Assembly: GCF_000283555.1 (NCBI RefSeq)
Contig: NC_016012.1
Span: 420,001 to 452,000, forward strand
Direction: 5' to 3'
Source: Candidatus Arthromitus sp. SFB-rat-Yit
GTDB lineage: Bacteria; Bacillota; Clostridia; Clostridiales; Clostridiaceae
DNA: 32,000 nt
A program made the position numbers and the translations under genes. The number at the start of each line of letters is the position of its first letter. Position 1 is the first letter of the stretch. Shown here one piece after another: positions 1 through 9,013 of this stretch. The notes under the pieces are model-generated. The model saw only the letters and a list, made by a program, of their open reading frames with translations. It was not told the origin of the DNA and ran no database searches.

Positions 1-384
1 AAAAATAGAAAAAAGAATGGATTTAGTATTATAGAGGTCATGGTATCATTTGTTATCATAATTATAATAGTACTTTTGATAGGACCTAATCTATTTTCTA
101 CATATGAAAGGTCTAAAGAGATGTCTAAGGTAAGTGATGCAAGCGCTATAGTTAATGCTACTGATATGCACAATTTAAATAGATTCATGGAAGGAGAAAT
201 TGAGGCAATTTCAGACAATATTACAATGTCTGAACTTCGTCAAATTAATGAACAATATAAGTATTTAAATAATTGGCCTAAATGGGTGACTGATTCCATG
301 ACATTAAAAGATATTAAAGATATAGCAAATAATAATTTAGTTAATAAAAGTACTATATCTAGAGCAATTGATAACAGAGTGTAA
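1..384 (+). CDS. Type IV pilin / ComGC-like pseudopilin, 5'-partial (true start upstream of window)
   Basis: Frame 1 is open from nt 1 and reads KNRKKNG|FSIIEVMVSFVIIIIIVLLIGPN. This is a prepilin (class III) signal with Gly -1, Phe +1, Glu +5, followed by the ~20-residue hydrophobic helix. The ORF-track ATG at 40 lies inside that helix, so it is not the real start. Stop TAA at 382-384. A prepilin peptidase gene follows immediately. Confidence 0.8.
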   Translation, partial: KNRKKNGFSIIEVMVSFVIIIIIVLLIGPNLFSTYERSKEMSKVSDASAIVNATDMHNLNRFMEGEIEAISDNITMSELRQINEQYKYLNNWPKWVTDSMTLKDIKDIANNNLVNKSTISRAIDNRV

Positions 385-385
385 T

Positions 386-1084
386 ATGAAATTAGGAATA
401 TATATTTACATATTGTTGAGCACTGTAATGAGTGCGATGTTAAATTTTTTAATTCTAAAAATTATAGGTAATTTAGATTATAAAATTTTTGGATTAAAAG
501 ATAAGAATGCTTCTATATTTGTAATATATAGAGGTATTTTTAAAGATAAAATATTATTATTTAGAATTTGTATTTGCAGTGTATTATTTATAATATTTAA
601 TACTATAATTTTATTTAAAATTTTAGATAAATTCAGTTTTATAATGATTTATACATATTTAAAATATTATTATTTATTTTTAGTGATTTATATATTTGCT
701 TTTATAGATTATATAACGTACTATGTTTATACGATTTTGTCATATCCAATAATTATATTTTCTTTAGTTATGTTTATATTGTCGTTTTTAGATTCAAGAA
801 ATATTAAAATCAATTTAGAAACTATAATTTTAATAGGATTTTTATATTTATTGATAAATAAATTTAAATTTCTAGGTGAAGGTGATTTCGATATATTATT
901 AATAGTAGCTTTGACTTTAGGAGTTTTACCTACAATATTTATTTTTTATTTATCAATAATTATGTCCGGGATAATAGGTATTGGGATTTTATTTAAGAAT
1001 TGTTTTAAATTGCAAAATAATAGATTAGCATTTGTCCCGTTTATTTTTATAGCAACTACAGTTTTTATAGCCCTAAAAGTATAA
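386..1084 (+). CDS. Prepilin peptidase (peptidase A24 family, PilD/ComC-like), minimal form
   Basis: Polytopic membrane protein with two A24 aspartyl signatures about 60 residues apart: 'FAFIDYITYYV' and 'LGEGDFDILLIVAL' (GxGDxKLL-type). ATG 386 sits 1 nt after the pilin stop; the ORF-track TTG 368 would overlap the pilin gene. No Cys-rich N-terminal extension. Confidence 0.7.
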   Translation: MKLGIYIYILLSTVMSAMLNFLILKIIGNLDYKIFGLKDKNASIFVIYRGIFKDKILLFRICICSVLFIIFNTIILFKILDKFSFIMIYTYLKYYYLFLVIYIFAFIDYITYYVYTILSYPIIIFSLVMFILSFLDSRNIKINLETIILIGFLYLLINKFKFLGEGDFDILLIVALTLGVLPTIFIFYLSIIMSGIIGIGILFKNCFKLQNNRLAFVPFIFIATTVFIALKV

Positions 1085-1120
1085 ATATTAATTTATTTTA
1101 ATTAATATTTAAATATTAGA

Positions 1121-1149
1121 TTGAAACCTAATTATATAAGTAGTATAAT
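1121..1149 (+). promoter_or_regulatory. Sigma-A type promoter upstream of the opp operon leader
   Basis: TTGAAA (1121-1126), exactly 17 nt spacer, TATAAT (1144-1149). It lies in the 300-nt intergenic region after the peptidase gene. Confidence 0.55.
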
Positions 1150-1314
1150 TGTATAAATATACTTTGATTGTATAATTGAAAATTAGATTTTTATCTGTTA
1201 ATATTTAGGGTTATTTGAGAGGATATTTGTTAATGTAAATAATTAAATAGTTACATAGAAATTTATATAGAAAAATTATTTTTGAATTGTATAATTTAAA
1301 AACTGGCTATCTGG

Positions 1315-1376
1315 ATGCCCTTATTAACGTATTACTTTGATTAAATTGTAGTAAGTTAATACTGTGGCATTTTTTT
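1315..1376 (+). terminator. Terminator-like hairpin + T7 inside the opp 5' leader (candidate attenuator)
   Basis: ATGCC (1315-1319) pairs with GGCAT (1366-1370), and inner TATTAAC pairs with GTTAATA. The stem is imperfect and AT-rich and is followed by seven T (1370-1376). It ends about 10 nt before the oppB RBS AGGTGGTG. Confidence 0.4.
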
Positions 1377-1400
1377 ATTAATATTTAGGTGGTGTACTTG

Positions 1401-2366
1401 ATGAAGCAATATATAATAAGGAGATTACTCTTATTTATACCAATAATACTTGGGATATCATTCATTTTATTTTTTTTATATGTGTCATCGCCAGGTGACC
1501 CATTATCAGGGATAATAGCAACACAACCTGGTATAACACCGGAAAGAATACAGGAGTTGAGAACTCTTTATGGACTTGATGGAAGTATTATTCAGAGGTA
1601 TTTTAACTGGTTGAAAAATGCGATAAGATTTGATTTTGGAGTATCTCTCAATTATAGAGAACCTGTTAGTTCGATATTAGGTGTGTATATTTGGAATTCA
1701 TTTTATTTAAATGTATTGTCATTTTTATTTTCAGTATTTGTGTCAATTCCATTAGGGATATATATATCAACAAAACATGGTAAAGCATTAGATAAATTTG
1801 TGCTTACTTTTTCATTGTTATTTACATCATTACCAACTTTTGTTTTAGGTATTATCGCTATAAAATATGTGGCACCTTTACTTGGATTACCAATTATAGG
1901 TATGACGACCATAGGAAGTAATTATGTAGGGTTTGCTTATATAAAAGATGTCTTACTTCATACAGCCTTACCTTTTATAATTTTAAGTTTATTTAGTTTA
2001 GCAGGTACTTTAAGAGTTGTTAAAACATCTATGCTTGAAATAATAAGACAAGATTATATAAGAACGGCAAGAGCAAAAGGAGTAAGTGAGAGAGTAGTTG
2101 TATATAAACATGCATTTAGGAATGCATTAATCCCTTTGATACCTATTATTGTTGGAGGTATTGTTACTCTATTTAGTGGATCGATAATAATTGAGCAAGT
2201 TTTTGGCTGGCCTGGTATAGGTAATATAACTTATCAAGCTATTTTAAATAGAGATTACCCATTATTGATGGGATCTGCTATGTTTTATGCAGTATTAACT
2301 ATATTTTCAAACTTATTAACTGATATTGTTTATGCGTTTGTTGATCCGAGAATAAGACTAAAATAG
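1401..2366 (+). CDS. oppB: Peptide ABC transporter permease (OppB/DppB family)
   Basis: Multi-TM permease with the typical N-terminus 'YIIRRLLLFIPI' and EAA-type loop 'DYIRTARAKGVSERVVVYKHAFRNAL'. RBS AGGTGGTG precedes ATG 1401; the ORF-track GTG 1389 lies on the RBS. Confidence 0.9.
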   Translation: MKQYIIRRLLLFIPIILGISFILFFLYVSSPGDPLSGIIATQPGITPERIQELRTLYGLDGSIIQRYFNWLKNAIRFDFGVSLNYREPVSSILGVYIWNSFYLNVLSFLFSVFVSIPLGIYISTKHGKALDKFVLTFSLLFTSLPTFVLGIIAIKYVAPLLGLPIIGMTTIGSNYVGFAYIKDVLLHTALPFIILSLFSLAGTLRVVKTSMLEIIRQDYIRTARAKGVSERVVVYKHAFRNALIPLIPIIVGGIVTLFSGSIIIEQVFGWPGIGNITYQAILNRDYPLLMGSAMFYAVLTIFSNLLTDIVYAFVDPRIRLK

Positions 2367-2378
2367 GAGGTTAAGATT

Positions 2379-3308
2379 GTGAAAAAAGATAAAGAATTGA
2401 TTGTTAAAGATAAGAGTGAATTTGATGAAGAAAATTATAAAGTTGAATCTCCAACAAAAATTATATTTAGAAGGTTATTAAAAGATAAATTAGCTATACT
2501 TGGATTTGCTATGCTCATAATAATTTTAATATTAATTTTGATTGTTCCATTATTTAGTCAAGATTCATCTACGATAAATATATTGATTAAAAATCAATCT
2601 CCTTCCCATGAACATATTTTGGGAACAGATGCATTAGGAAGAGATATGTTTGCGAGGGTTCTTGAAGGAGGAAGATTTTCATTTTTTGTAGGGTTTGCAG
2701 CAACTATTATATCTGTGTTTTTAGGAACATTTTTTGGGCTTGTAGCAGGTTATTATGGTGGAGTAATTGATATGATTATAATGAGAGTTGTCGATATTTT
2801 GATGAGTATACCAACGCTTCCATTACTTATCATACTGGCTGCGTTTTTATCTGACTTAGAAGTAAATCCTAAATATAGAATTTATGTAACATTAGGATTA
2901 TTAGCATTTATATTTTGGACGACGTATTGCAGGAATATAAGGGGTATAGTTTTATTACTTAGAGAACAAGAGTATATGCAAGCTACTGAAGCTTTAGGAT
3001 TTTCGACATTTAGGAAATTATTTGGTCATCTGTTACCTAATATATTGCCATATATAATACTTTATATAGCAAGCGGTCTAGGTACTATGATGATTTTTGA
3101 AGCGAGTTTGAGTTATTTAGGTTTAGGTGTTCAAGCACCATATGCATCTCTTGGAAATTTATTGCAAACCACGCGTAATTTCTTTGATTTAACTAAGAGA
3201 GTATGGCTATGGATTCCACCTACTATTTTATTATTTACATCAGTTTTATCTATAAACTTGGTTGGTGAGGGTTTAAGAAATGCTATAGACCCAAGACTTA
3301 AGAAGTAG
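2379..3308 (+). CDS. oppC: Peptide ABC transporter permease (OppC/DppC family)
   Basis: OppC N-terminal motif 'ILGTDALGRDMFARV' and EAA loop 'EYMQATEALGFSTFRKLFGHLLPN'. GGAGG RBS lies 8 nt upstream of GTG 2379. Confidence 0.9.
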   Translation: MKKDKELIVKDKSEFDEENYKVESPTKIIFRRLLKDKLAILGFAMLIIILILILIVPLFSQDSSTINILIKNQSPSHEHILGTDALGRDMFARVLEGGRFSFFVGFAATIISVFLGTFFGLVAGYYGGVIDMIIMRVVDILMSIPTLPLLIILAAFLSDLEVNPKYRIYVTLGLLAFIFWTTYCRNIRGIVLLLREQEYMQATEALGFSTFRKLFGHLLPNILPYIILYIASGLGTMMIFEASLSYLGLGVQAPYASLGNLLQTTRNFFDLTKRVWLWIPPTILLFTSVLSINLVGEGLRNAIDPRLKK

Positions 3309-3319
3309 AGGTGGTTTAT

Positions 3320-4306
3320 ATGAGTAAAAAAATAGTAGAATTTAAAAATTTATGTGTTTCTTTTAAAGTGGAAGAAGGAACAGTTAAAGCAGTAAATGAT
3401 GTTAGTTTTGAAATTAGAGAAGGTGAAGTATTAGGAATTGTAGGAGAGTCAGGATGTGGTAAATCAGTTACATCAATGTCTTTAATGAGGTTATTATCTG
3501 TTCCGCCTGCTAAATATGAGTCAGGAAGTATTTATTTAAATGGAACAGATATTTTAACCTTATCTGAAGAAGAAATGAGAAAAAGAAGAGGTTCTGAGGT
3601 AGCTATGATTTTCCAGGAACCTATGACATCATTAAATCCAGTAATGAAAATTGGATATCAAATTTCTGAAGTAATAATTATACATCATAAAGTATCTAAG
3701 AAAGAAGCAAAGAGACGTTCTATTGAGATGATAAAGCTAGTTGGTATACCAAGGGCTGAATCGATCTATGATTCATATCCTCATGAATTATCGGGAGGAA
3801 TGCGTCAAAGGATAATGATTGCTATTGCTTTGGTATGTAATCCTCAGGTTTTAATTGCTGATGAACCAACTACAGCATTAGATGTTACTATACAAGCACA
3901 AATATTAGATTTAATAAAGAATATGAGAGAAAAACTTGGTACTTCTATAATGATGATAACTCATGATTTAGGAGTTATAGCAGAAATGGCTGATTATGTT
4001 ATTGTTATGTATGCAGGAAAAGTTGTAGAAAAGGCTAAAGTAAGAGAAATATTTAATAATCCTAAACATCCATATACAATTGGACTTATGAGATCAAAAC
4101 CTACATTTGAAGGTAGTACAGGTAAATTATACTCTATACCTGGGCAAGTTCCAAACCCGATGGATTTACCAAATTATTGTTATTTTTATGATAGATGTGA
4201 TAGAAGACAAGAGAGTTGCAAGAAAGGTATACCGGATTTAGTAAAGGTTAATGATGCACATTATGCTTCTTGCTATATTTTGGGTGAGGAGGTAAATAAT
4301 GAGTAA
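3320..4306 (+). CDS. oppD: Peptide ABC transporter ATP-binding protein (OppD/DppD family)
   Basis: Walker A GESGCGKS, signature LSGGMRQR, Walker B LIADEPTTALD, and a Cys-rich C-terminal oligopeptide-ABC extension (CYFYDRCDRRQESC). RBS AGAGGTGG precedes ATG 3320. Confidence 0.9.
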   Translation: MSKKIVEFKNLCVSFKVEEGTVKAVNDVSFEIREGEVLGIVGESGCGKSVTSMSLMRLLSVPPAKYESGSIYLNGTDILTLSEEEMRKRRGSEVAMIFQEPMTSLNPVMKIGYQISEVIIIHHKVSKKEAKRRSIEMIKLVGIPRAESIYDSYPHELSGGMRQRIMIAIALVCNPQVLIADEPTTALDVTIQAQILDLIKNMREKLGTSIMMITHDLGVIAEMADYVIVMYAGKVVEKAKVREIFNNPKHPYTIGLMRSKPTFEGSTGKLYSIPGQVPNPMDLPNYCYFYDRCDRRQESCKKGIPDLVKVNDAHYASCYILGEEVNNE

Positions 4307-5270
4307 CGATAAAATTATTGAAGTAATAAATTTAAAAAAATATTTTCCAATTAAAAATGGAGTTTTACAGAGAGTTGTAGGAAATGTAAAGGCGGTTGAT
4401 GATGTTTCTTTTACAATAAACAAGGGTGAAACTTATTCGCTTGTTGGTGAATCAGGTTGTGGAAAATCAACTTTGGGTAGGACGGTTATTAAATTATTAG
4501 ATAAAACAGATGGGACAGTTTTATTTAAAGGTATTGATATCTATAGTTTGTCTAAGAAAGAAATGAGAGAACTTAGACTTAAAATGCAAATAATATTTCA
4601 AGATCCATTTAGCTCTCTAAATCCAAGAAAGTCTGTTGGTGATTTGATAGGTGAAGCATTGATTGCTCATAAAGTTGTAAATAGCAAGAAAGAGTACTAT
4701 AATAAAGTTGGAGAAGTTATGGAAATATGTGGTCTTGCAAAATATCATATGAAAAGATATCCACATGAATTTTCTGGAGGTCAAAGACAGAGGATATGTA
4801 TAGCTAGGGGATTAATTTTAAATCCAGAATTTATAGTTGCTGATGAACCAGTATCGGCATTAGATGTTTCTATACAATCTCAAATAATAAATTTACTTCA
4901 GCAATTCCAAGAAGAATATAAGTTAAGTTATTTGTTTATATCTCATGATTTGAGTGTTGTAAGACATATAAGTCATAGAGTAGGTGTTTTATATTTGGGT
5001 TCTTTGGTTGAAGAAGCAAAGAAAGATGATTTATATTCAAAACCACTACATCCATATACACAGGTTTTAATATCTTGTGTTCCTTTACCTGATCCAGATA
5101 GAAAAAATGAAAGGATAGTATTAAAAGGGGATATACCTAGTGCATCGAACCCTCCATATGGATGTAAGTTTCATACAAGATGTTTACATGTTAAAGAAAT
5201 ATGTAGACATGATACTCCAATATTAAAAGATTTAGGTAATGGGCATAAAGTAGCATGTCATCTATATTAA
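4299..5270 (+). CDS. oppF: Peptide ABC transporter ATP-binding protein (OppF/DppF family)
   Basis: Walker A GESGCGKS, signature FSGGQRQR, Walker B IVADEPVSALD, C-terminal GCKFHTRC...C motif. It overlaps the oppD stop by 8 nt and has a GAGGAGG RBS. Confidence 0.9.
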   Translation: MSNDKIIEVINLKKYFPIKNGVLQRVVGNVKAVDDVSFTINKGETYSLVGESGCGKSTLGRTVIKLLDKTDGTVLFKGIDIYSLSKKEMRELRLKMQIIFQDPFSSLNPRKSVGDLIGEALIAHKVVNSKKEYYNKVGEVMEICGLAKYHMKRYPHEFSGGQRQRICIARGLILNPEFIVADEPVSALDVSIQSQIINLLQQFQEEYKLSYLFISHDLSVVRHISHRVGVLYLGSLVEEAKKDDLYSKPLHPYTQVLISCVPLPDPDRKNERIVLKGDIPSASNPPYGCKFHTRCLHVKEICRHDTPILKDLGNGHKVACHLY

Positions 5271-5319
5271 ATTTATTTTAAAATAAATTTAATATAGATT
5301 TTATATAAATAAAATCTAT
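5269..5319. repeat. Two consecutive perfect AT-only palindromes/hairpins between oppF and the first binding-protein gene
   Basis: AAATTTATTTT/AAAATAAATTT is a 22-nt perfect palindrome at 5269-5290 that includes the oppF stop. ATAGATTTTAT-ATAA-ATAAAATCTAT is an 11-bp stem with a 4-nt loop at 5294-5319. Confidence 0.6.
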
Positions 5320-5363
5320 AATTATTAAATTTTATTAAAGTTTATAATTTCTAGGAGGATTAA

Positions 5364-7142
5364 ATGAGAAAGAAGAAATTAATTAGTATTTTGGGATTGG
5401 TTTTAGGATTTATGTTTGTTGTTTCCTCTTGTTCCACATCAAATTCAAATCAATCAACTAAACCTAATGTTAATCAAAATCAGTTAAATGTATCTCTTGT
5501 AAATGGTACGGGTGAGTATGATGAAAAGACTTTATATTTAAAAGCTAGTGAACCAGAACGTTTACCTTCAACTTCAGCAAATAGAAAGGATACGCTTATA
5601 ATTGGAATAATAAATCCAAATGGTGTATTTAATCCATTACTTGAAGAGTCACAATATGATTCGGATGTAAATGATGCTATATGGGCCCCATTACTTGAAG
5701 TAAATTATGATGGAACAATAATAGAAGGGTTGGCCTATTTACCTGAAGTGTCTGAAGATGGAAAGACTTATACATTTACTTTGAAAGATGGTATTAAGTG
5801 GCAAGATGGTACACCTATAACATCACAAGATTTTGAGTTTACATTTAAATATATAATGGATAAAACATATACTGGAAGATTTGAAAGAGAAAGTTTAAAT
5901 GTTCTAGGATGGGAAGCTTATAGGGATGGTACATCCACTAATATTGAAGGATTTAAAATAATAGATGATAATAAGTTTTCAGTTACAGTAGATAATCCCA
6001 ATGCTAAAACTTTGACTTATTTTTCTAAAGATCTTAAGCCTTTAGCTAAACATGTGTATGGAGCAGATTATGTTCAAGGAAATGCTAAGGATTTAGATAA
6101 ATTTAATAGGAATCCGTTTGGTAATGGAGCTTATAAGTTTGTGAATTATAAAGATGGAGAAGAGGTAGTTTTAGTTGCTAATGAAAATTATTATAAAGGT
6201 GTTCCAAAGGTTAAAAATTTAGTTTTCAGAGTAGTAAATGAAACTAACCAAATGCTATTGTTGCAAAATGGTGATGTAGATATAATGAATGGAACTATAG
6301 CAGTTACTACAGAAAATTTATCACTTGTAAATCAACTTGGATTTGCTAATGCAAATATAGTTGAACTTTTAGGATATGGATATATTGCTATAAACCATAA
6401 AGAACCAATTATGCAGGATTTAAATGTTAGAAGGGCATTAGCTTATGGTTTAGACAGAGCTTCTGTTGTGGAAGCTGCATTTGGAGGGCAGGCGAATGTG
6501 ATAGATATTCCACAATCTACAGTTTCTTGGGCTTATCCAGATGAAAAAGATTATACACATTATGAATATAATCCAGAAAAAGCAAAACAACTTTTAGAAG
6601 AGGCAGGTTGGAAAGTTGGCTCTGATGGAATAAGAGAAAAAGATGGGGTTAAATTATCACTTAAATTTTTAGCATCTTCTCCGAATAGTGTTAATGATAT
6701 CTTAGTTCCTGTAATGATTGAAAACTATAAGGCAATTGGTATAGAATTAAAAGCTGAGCAAATGGAATTTAGAACTCTGATTGATAAACAGAGCGAAGCA
6801 AGAGAGGGTAATTTTTCTTACCATTTAGCATTTTTAGCATGGTCTCTTGATATTGATCCAGACTCAACTTCAACATTTGGTTCAACAGGTGCAAATAATA
6901 AAATTTCATACTCAAATCCTACTATTGATAAATTGTTGAGTGATGCTTTAAATGAAATGGATCAAACTAAGAGAAAAGCATTATACGCACAGTTATATAA
7001 AGAAATTTCAGAAGATCTTCCATATTTATTCTTATATCAAAGAAAGAACATGAGTGTTTATTCTTCTAAAGTAAAAGGAATAGACATAGAAACTCCTTAT
7101 AGAACGTTTAAGGATGACTTAGAAAAGATTTCAATCGAATAG
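5364..7142 (+). CDS. oppA: Peptide ABC transporter substrate-binding lipoprotein (SBP family 5), paralog 1
   Basis: Signal peptide with lipobox 'VVSSC'. Family-5 SBP length and motifs ('NPFGNGAYKFV', 'LVANENYYKG', 'GYGYIAINH', 'RRALAYGLDR'). AGGAGG RBS. Confidence 0.85.
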   Translation: MRKKKLISILGLVLGFMFVVSSCSTSNSNQSTKPNVNQNQLNVSLVNGTGEYDEKTLYLKASEPERLPSTSANRKDTLIIGIINPNGVFNPLLEESQYDSDVNDAIWAPLLEVNYDGTIIEGLAYLPEVSEDGKTYTFTLKDGIKWQDGTPITSQDFEFTFKYIMDKTYTGRFERESLNVLGWEAYRDGTSTNIEGFKIIDDNKFSVTVDNPNAKTLTYFSKDLKPLAKHVYGADYVQGNAKDLDKFNRNPFGNGAYKFVNYKDGEEVVLVANENYYKGVPKVKNLVFRVVNETNQMLLLQNGDVDIMNGTIAVTTENLSLVNQLGFANANIVELLGYGYIAINHKEPIMQDLNVRRALAYGLDRASVVEAAFGGQANVIDIPQSTVSWAYPDEKDYTHYEYNPEKAKQLLEEAGWKVGSDGIREKDGVKLSLKFLASSPNSVNDILVPVMIENYKAIGIELKAEQMEFRTLIDKQSEAREGNFSYHLAFLAWSLDIDPDSTSTFGSTGANNKISYSNPTIDKLLSDALNEMDQTKRKALYAQLYKEISEDLPYLFLYQRKNMSVYSSKVKGIDIETPYRTFKDDLEKISIE

Positions 7143-7167
7143 TAAATAATTGATTAAATAAAATCTT

Positions 7168-7215
7168 GCTTGTATATTAATTTTATTATTTAATATATAC
7201 AAGTGGGATTTTTTA
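7168..7215 (+). terminator. Probable intrinsic terminator between the two binding-protein genes
   Basis: GCTTGTATAT (7168-7177) pairs with ATATACAAGT (7195-7204) around an AT-rich loop. It is followed by GGGATTTTTTATTT. Confidence 0.45.
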
Positions 7216-7232
7216 TTTGGTATAGAAAGAGG

Positions 7233-8984
7233 ATGATTAAGTTAAATAAGTTTTTAGGTTTTGTTTTGATTTTTATGATGTTTACTTTTTGTTCTTGTGA
7301 AAAGCAAGGTGAAATTGTACAAAATAGGGAAGTTGTATTTGTTAACGGAGTGGATGAGTTTGATAAAGAAACTTTATATTTAATTCCATCAAATCCAGAT
7401 GCTTTGCCTAAAAATTCTTTGAACAGGAAAGATACTTTGATAATTGGAATGCCTGCACCTAGTGGTGTATTTAATCCATTATTTGCAATTTCGGTAAATG
7501 ATGTTGATGTTAATGATACAATGTGGGATCCTATTTTAGAGATTGATGGTAATGGAAATGTTACAGATGGTGTAACTTATTTGCCTGAAATTTTAAAAGA
7601 TGAGAATACTTATAATTTTACAATTAAAGACGATGCTGTGTGGCAAGATGGTGAGCCAATTACTTCTTATGATATGGAATTTACGTTTAAAGTTTTAATG
7701 GATAAAACTTATACTGGTACTTTTGAGAGAGATAATTTTAATATGTTTGGATGGGAAAATTATAGAGATGGAGTAACAGATAGTATAGAAGGATTTAAAA
7801 TAATAGATGATAAACGATTTTCTATTAAGTTTAATTCTATAAATGCTAAGAAAAATTATTATTTTGAGAGAATTAAGCCACTTGCTTTTCATGTTTATGG
7901 TAAAGATTATGTTCAAGGAGAAGCATTTAAAATTGAATTGTTAAATAGAAAACCATTTGGTAATGGTCCGTATAAATTCGTTGAATATATAGAAGGCGAA
8001 GAAGTAAGACTTGTAGCAAATGAAAATTATTATAATGGTAAGCCTAAGATTAAAAATTTAATACTTAAAGTAATTAATGATTCAAATCAAATTTCTTTAA
8101 TAGAAAATGGTGATGTTGATATAATAAGAAAAACGATATTGCCAACACAAGAAAATTTTACTATTTTAAATGATATGGGATTTGTTGGTGGAATTTTAAC
8201 CGATGTATTGGGTTATGGATATATTGCAATAAATCATAAAGAAGAAATTATGAGAGATATAAATATACGGCAAGCACTTGCATATGGGTTAGATCGAGAA
8301 ACAATAGTAAAAGCAAGTTTTGGAGATTATGGAAGTGTATTAGATATACCACAAAATAAGAATTCCTATTTTTATCCAGATACTGAAGATTTTATTAAAT
8401 ATGATTATAACCCAGATAAGGCAATTGAGCTTTTAGAGAAGTCTGGTTGGTTTTTAGGAGAGGATGGTATAAGAGAAAGAAATGGACAAAAATTGAGTTT
8501 AAAATTTATAGTGGGTTCTACAAATGAAGTTAATGATGTGTTGATTCCTATAATGATTGATAATTATAAGAAAATTGGTATTGATATTATGGTTGAATTT
8601 ATGGAATCTAAAACGTTAATTCAAAGACAAAAGGATGCAAAAGATGGGAAGTTCTCTTATCATTTATCATTTATGTTTACACCTTTTGCTAGCCCTGATC
8701 CTGATTCATCATCAAGATTTTCTACAAATGGACCTTCAAATAGATTTTCATATTCAAACGAAACTGTTGATAAACTTCTTGAAGATGCATTAAATGAACT
8801 TGATAATGTTAAAAGGAAAGAAATATACGCAGAATTATACAAAGAGATTGCATATGATCTTCCATATATATTCTTATTTGAGAGAAAGAATATTGATATA
8901 TATACTTCAAAGGTTAAAGGAATTAAAAATTATAATTTAAATAGATGGTTCTCAAAGGATCTTGAAAAACTGTATATAGAATAA
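7233..8984 (+). CDS. oppA: Peptide ABC transporter substrate-binding lipoprotein (SBP family 5), paralog 2
   Basis: By eye roughly 55-60% identical to paralog 1 over the whole length, with the same motifs ('KPFGNGPYKFV', 'LVANENYYNG', 'GYGYIAINH'). Signal peptide MIKLNKFLGFVLIFMMFTFCSC. ATG 7233 is preceded by AGAAAGAGG. The ORF-track GTG 7203 falls inside the upstream terminator stem. Confidence 0.85.
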   Translation: MIKLNKFLGFVLIFMMFTFCSCEKQGEIVQNREVVFVNGVDEFDKETLYLIPSNPDALPKNSLNRKDTLIIGMPAPSGVFNPLFAISVNDVDVNDTMWDPILEIDGNGNVTDGVTYLPEILKDENTYNFTIKDDAVWQDGEPITSYDMEFTFKVLMDKTYTGTFERDNFNMFGWENYRDGVTDSIEGFKIIDDKRFSIKFNSINAKKNYYFERIKPLAFHVYGKDYVQGEAFKIELLNRKPFGNGPYKFVEYIEGEEVRLVANENYYNGKPKIKNLILKVINDSNQISLIENGDVDIIRKTILPTQENFTILNDMGFVGGILTDVLGYGYIAINHKEEIMRDINIRQALAYGLDRETIVKASFGDYGSVLDIPQNKNSYFYPDTEDFIKYDYNPDKAIELLEKSGWFLGEDGIRERNGQKLSLKFIVGSTNEVNDVLIPIMIDNYKKIGIDIMVEFMESKTLIQRQKDAKDGKFSYHLSFMFTPFASPDPDSSSRFSTNGPSNRFSYSNETVDKLLEDALNELDNVKRKEIYAELYKEIAYDLPYIFLFERKNIDIYTSKVKGIKNYNLNRWFSKDLEKLYIE

Positions 8985-9013
8985 AAGCTATCTTATCTTT
9001 AAGATAGCTTTTT
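8984..9013. terminator. Bidirectional intrinsic terminator between convergent genes
   Basis: AAAGCTATCTT (8984-8994) pairs with AAGATAGCTTT (9001-9011). T-run on the plus strand and A-run before the stem (a T-run for the minus strand). Confidence 0.75.

Noticed and set aside
1168-1186. CodY box near GTATAATTGAAAATT upstream of opp
   Set aside because: Only about 9 of 15 positions match the AATTTTCWGAAAATT consensus, essentially just the right half. In AT-rich DNA this is not distinguishable from chance.
1150-1400. T-box riboswitch or other known riboswitch class in the opp leader
   Set aside because: The leader has the right size and ends in a terminator-like hairpin. However, I found no T-box sequence (AGGGUGGNACCGCG-like), no convincing specifier-loop/AGAGA-GNUGA elements and no core of any other riboswitch I know. 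It is kept only as an unclassified attenuator candidate.
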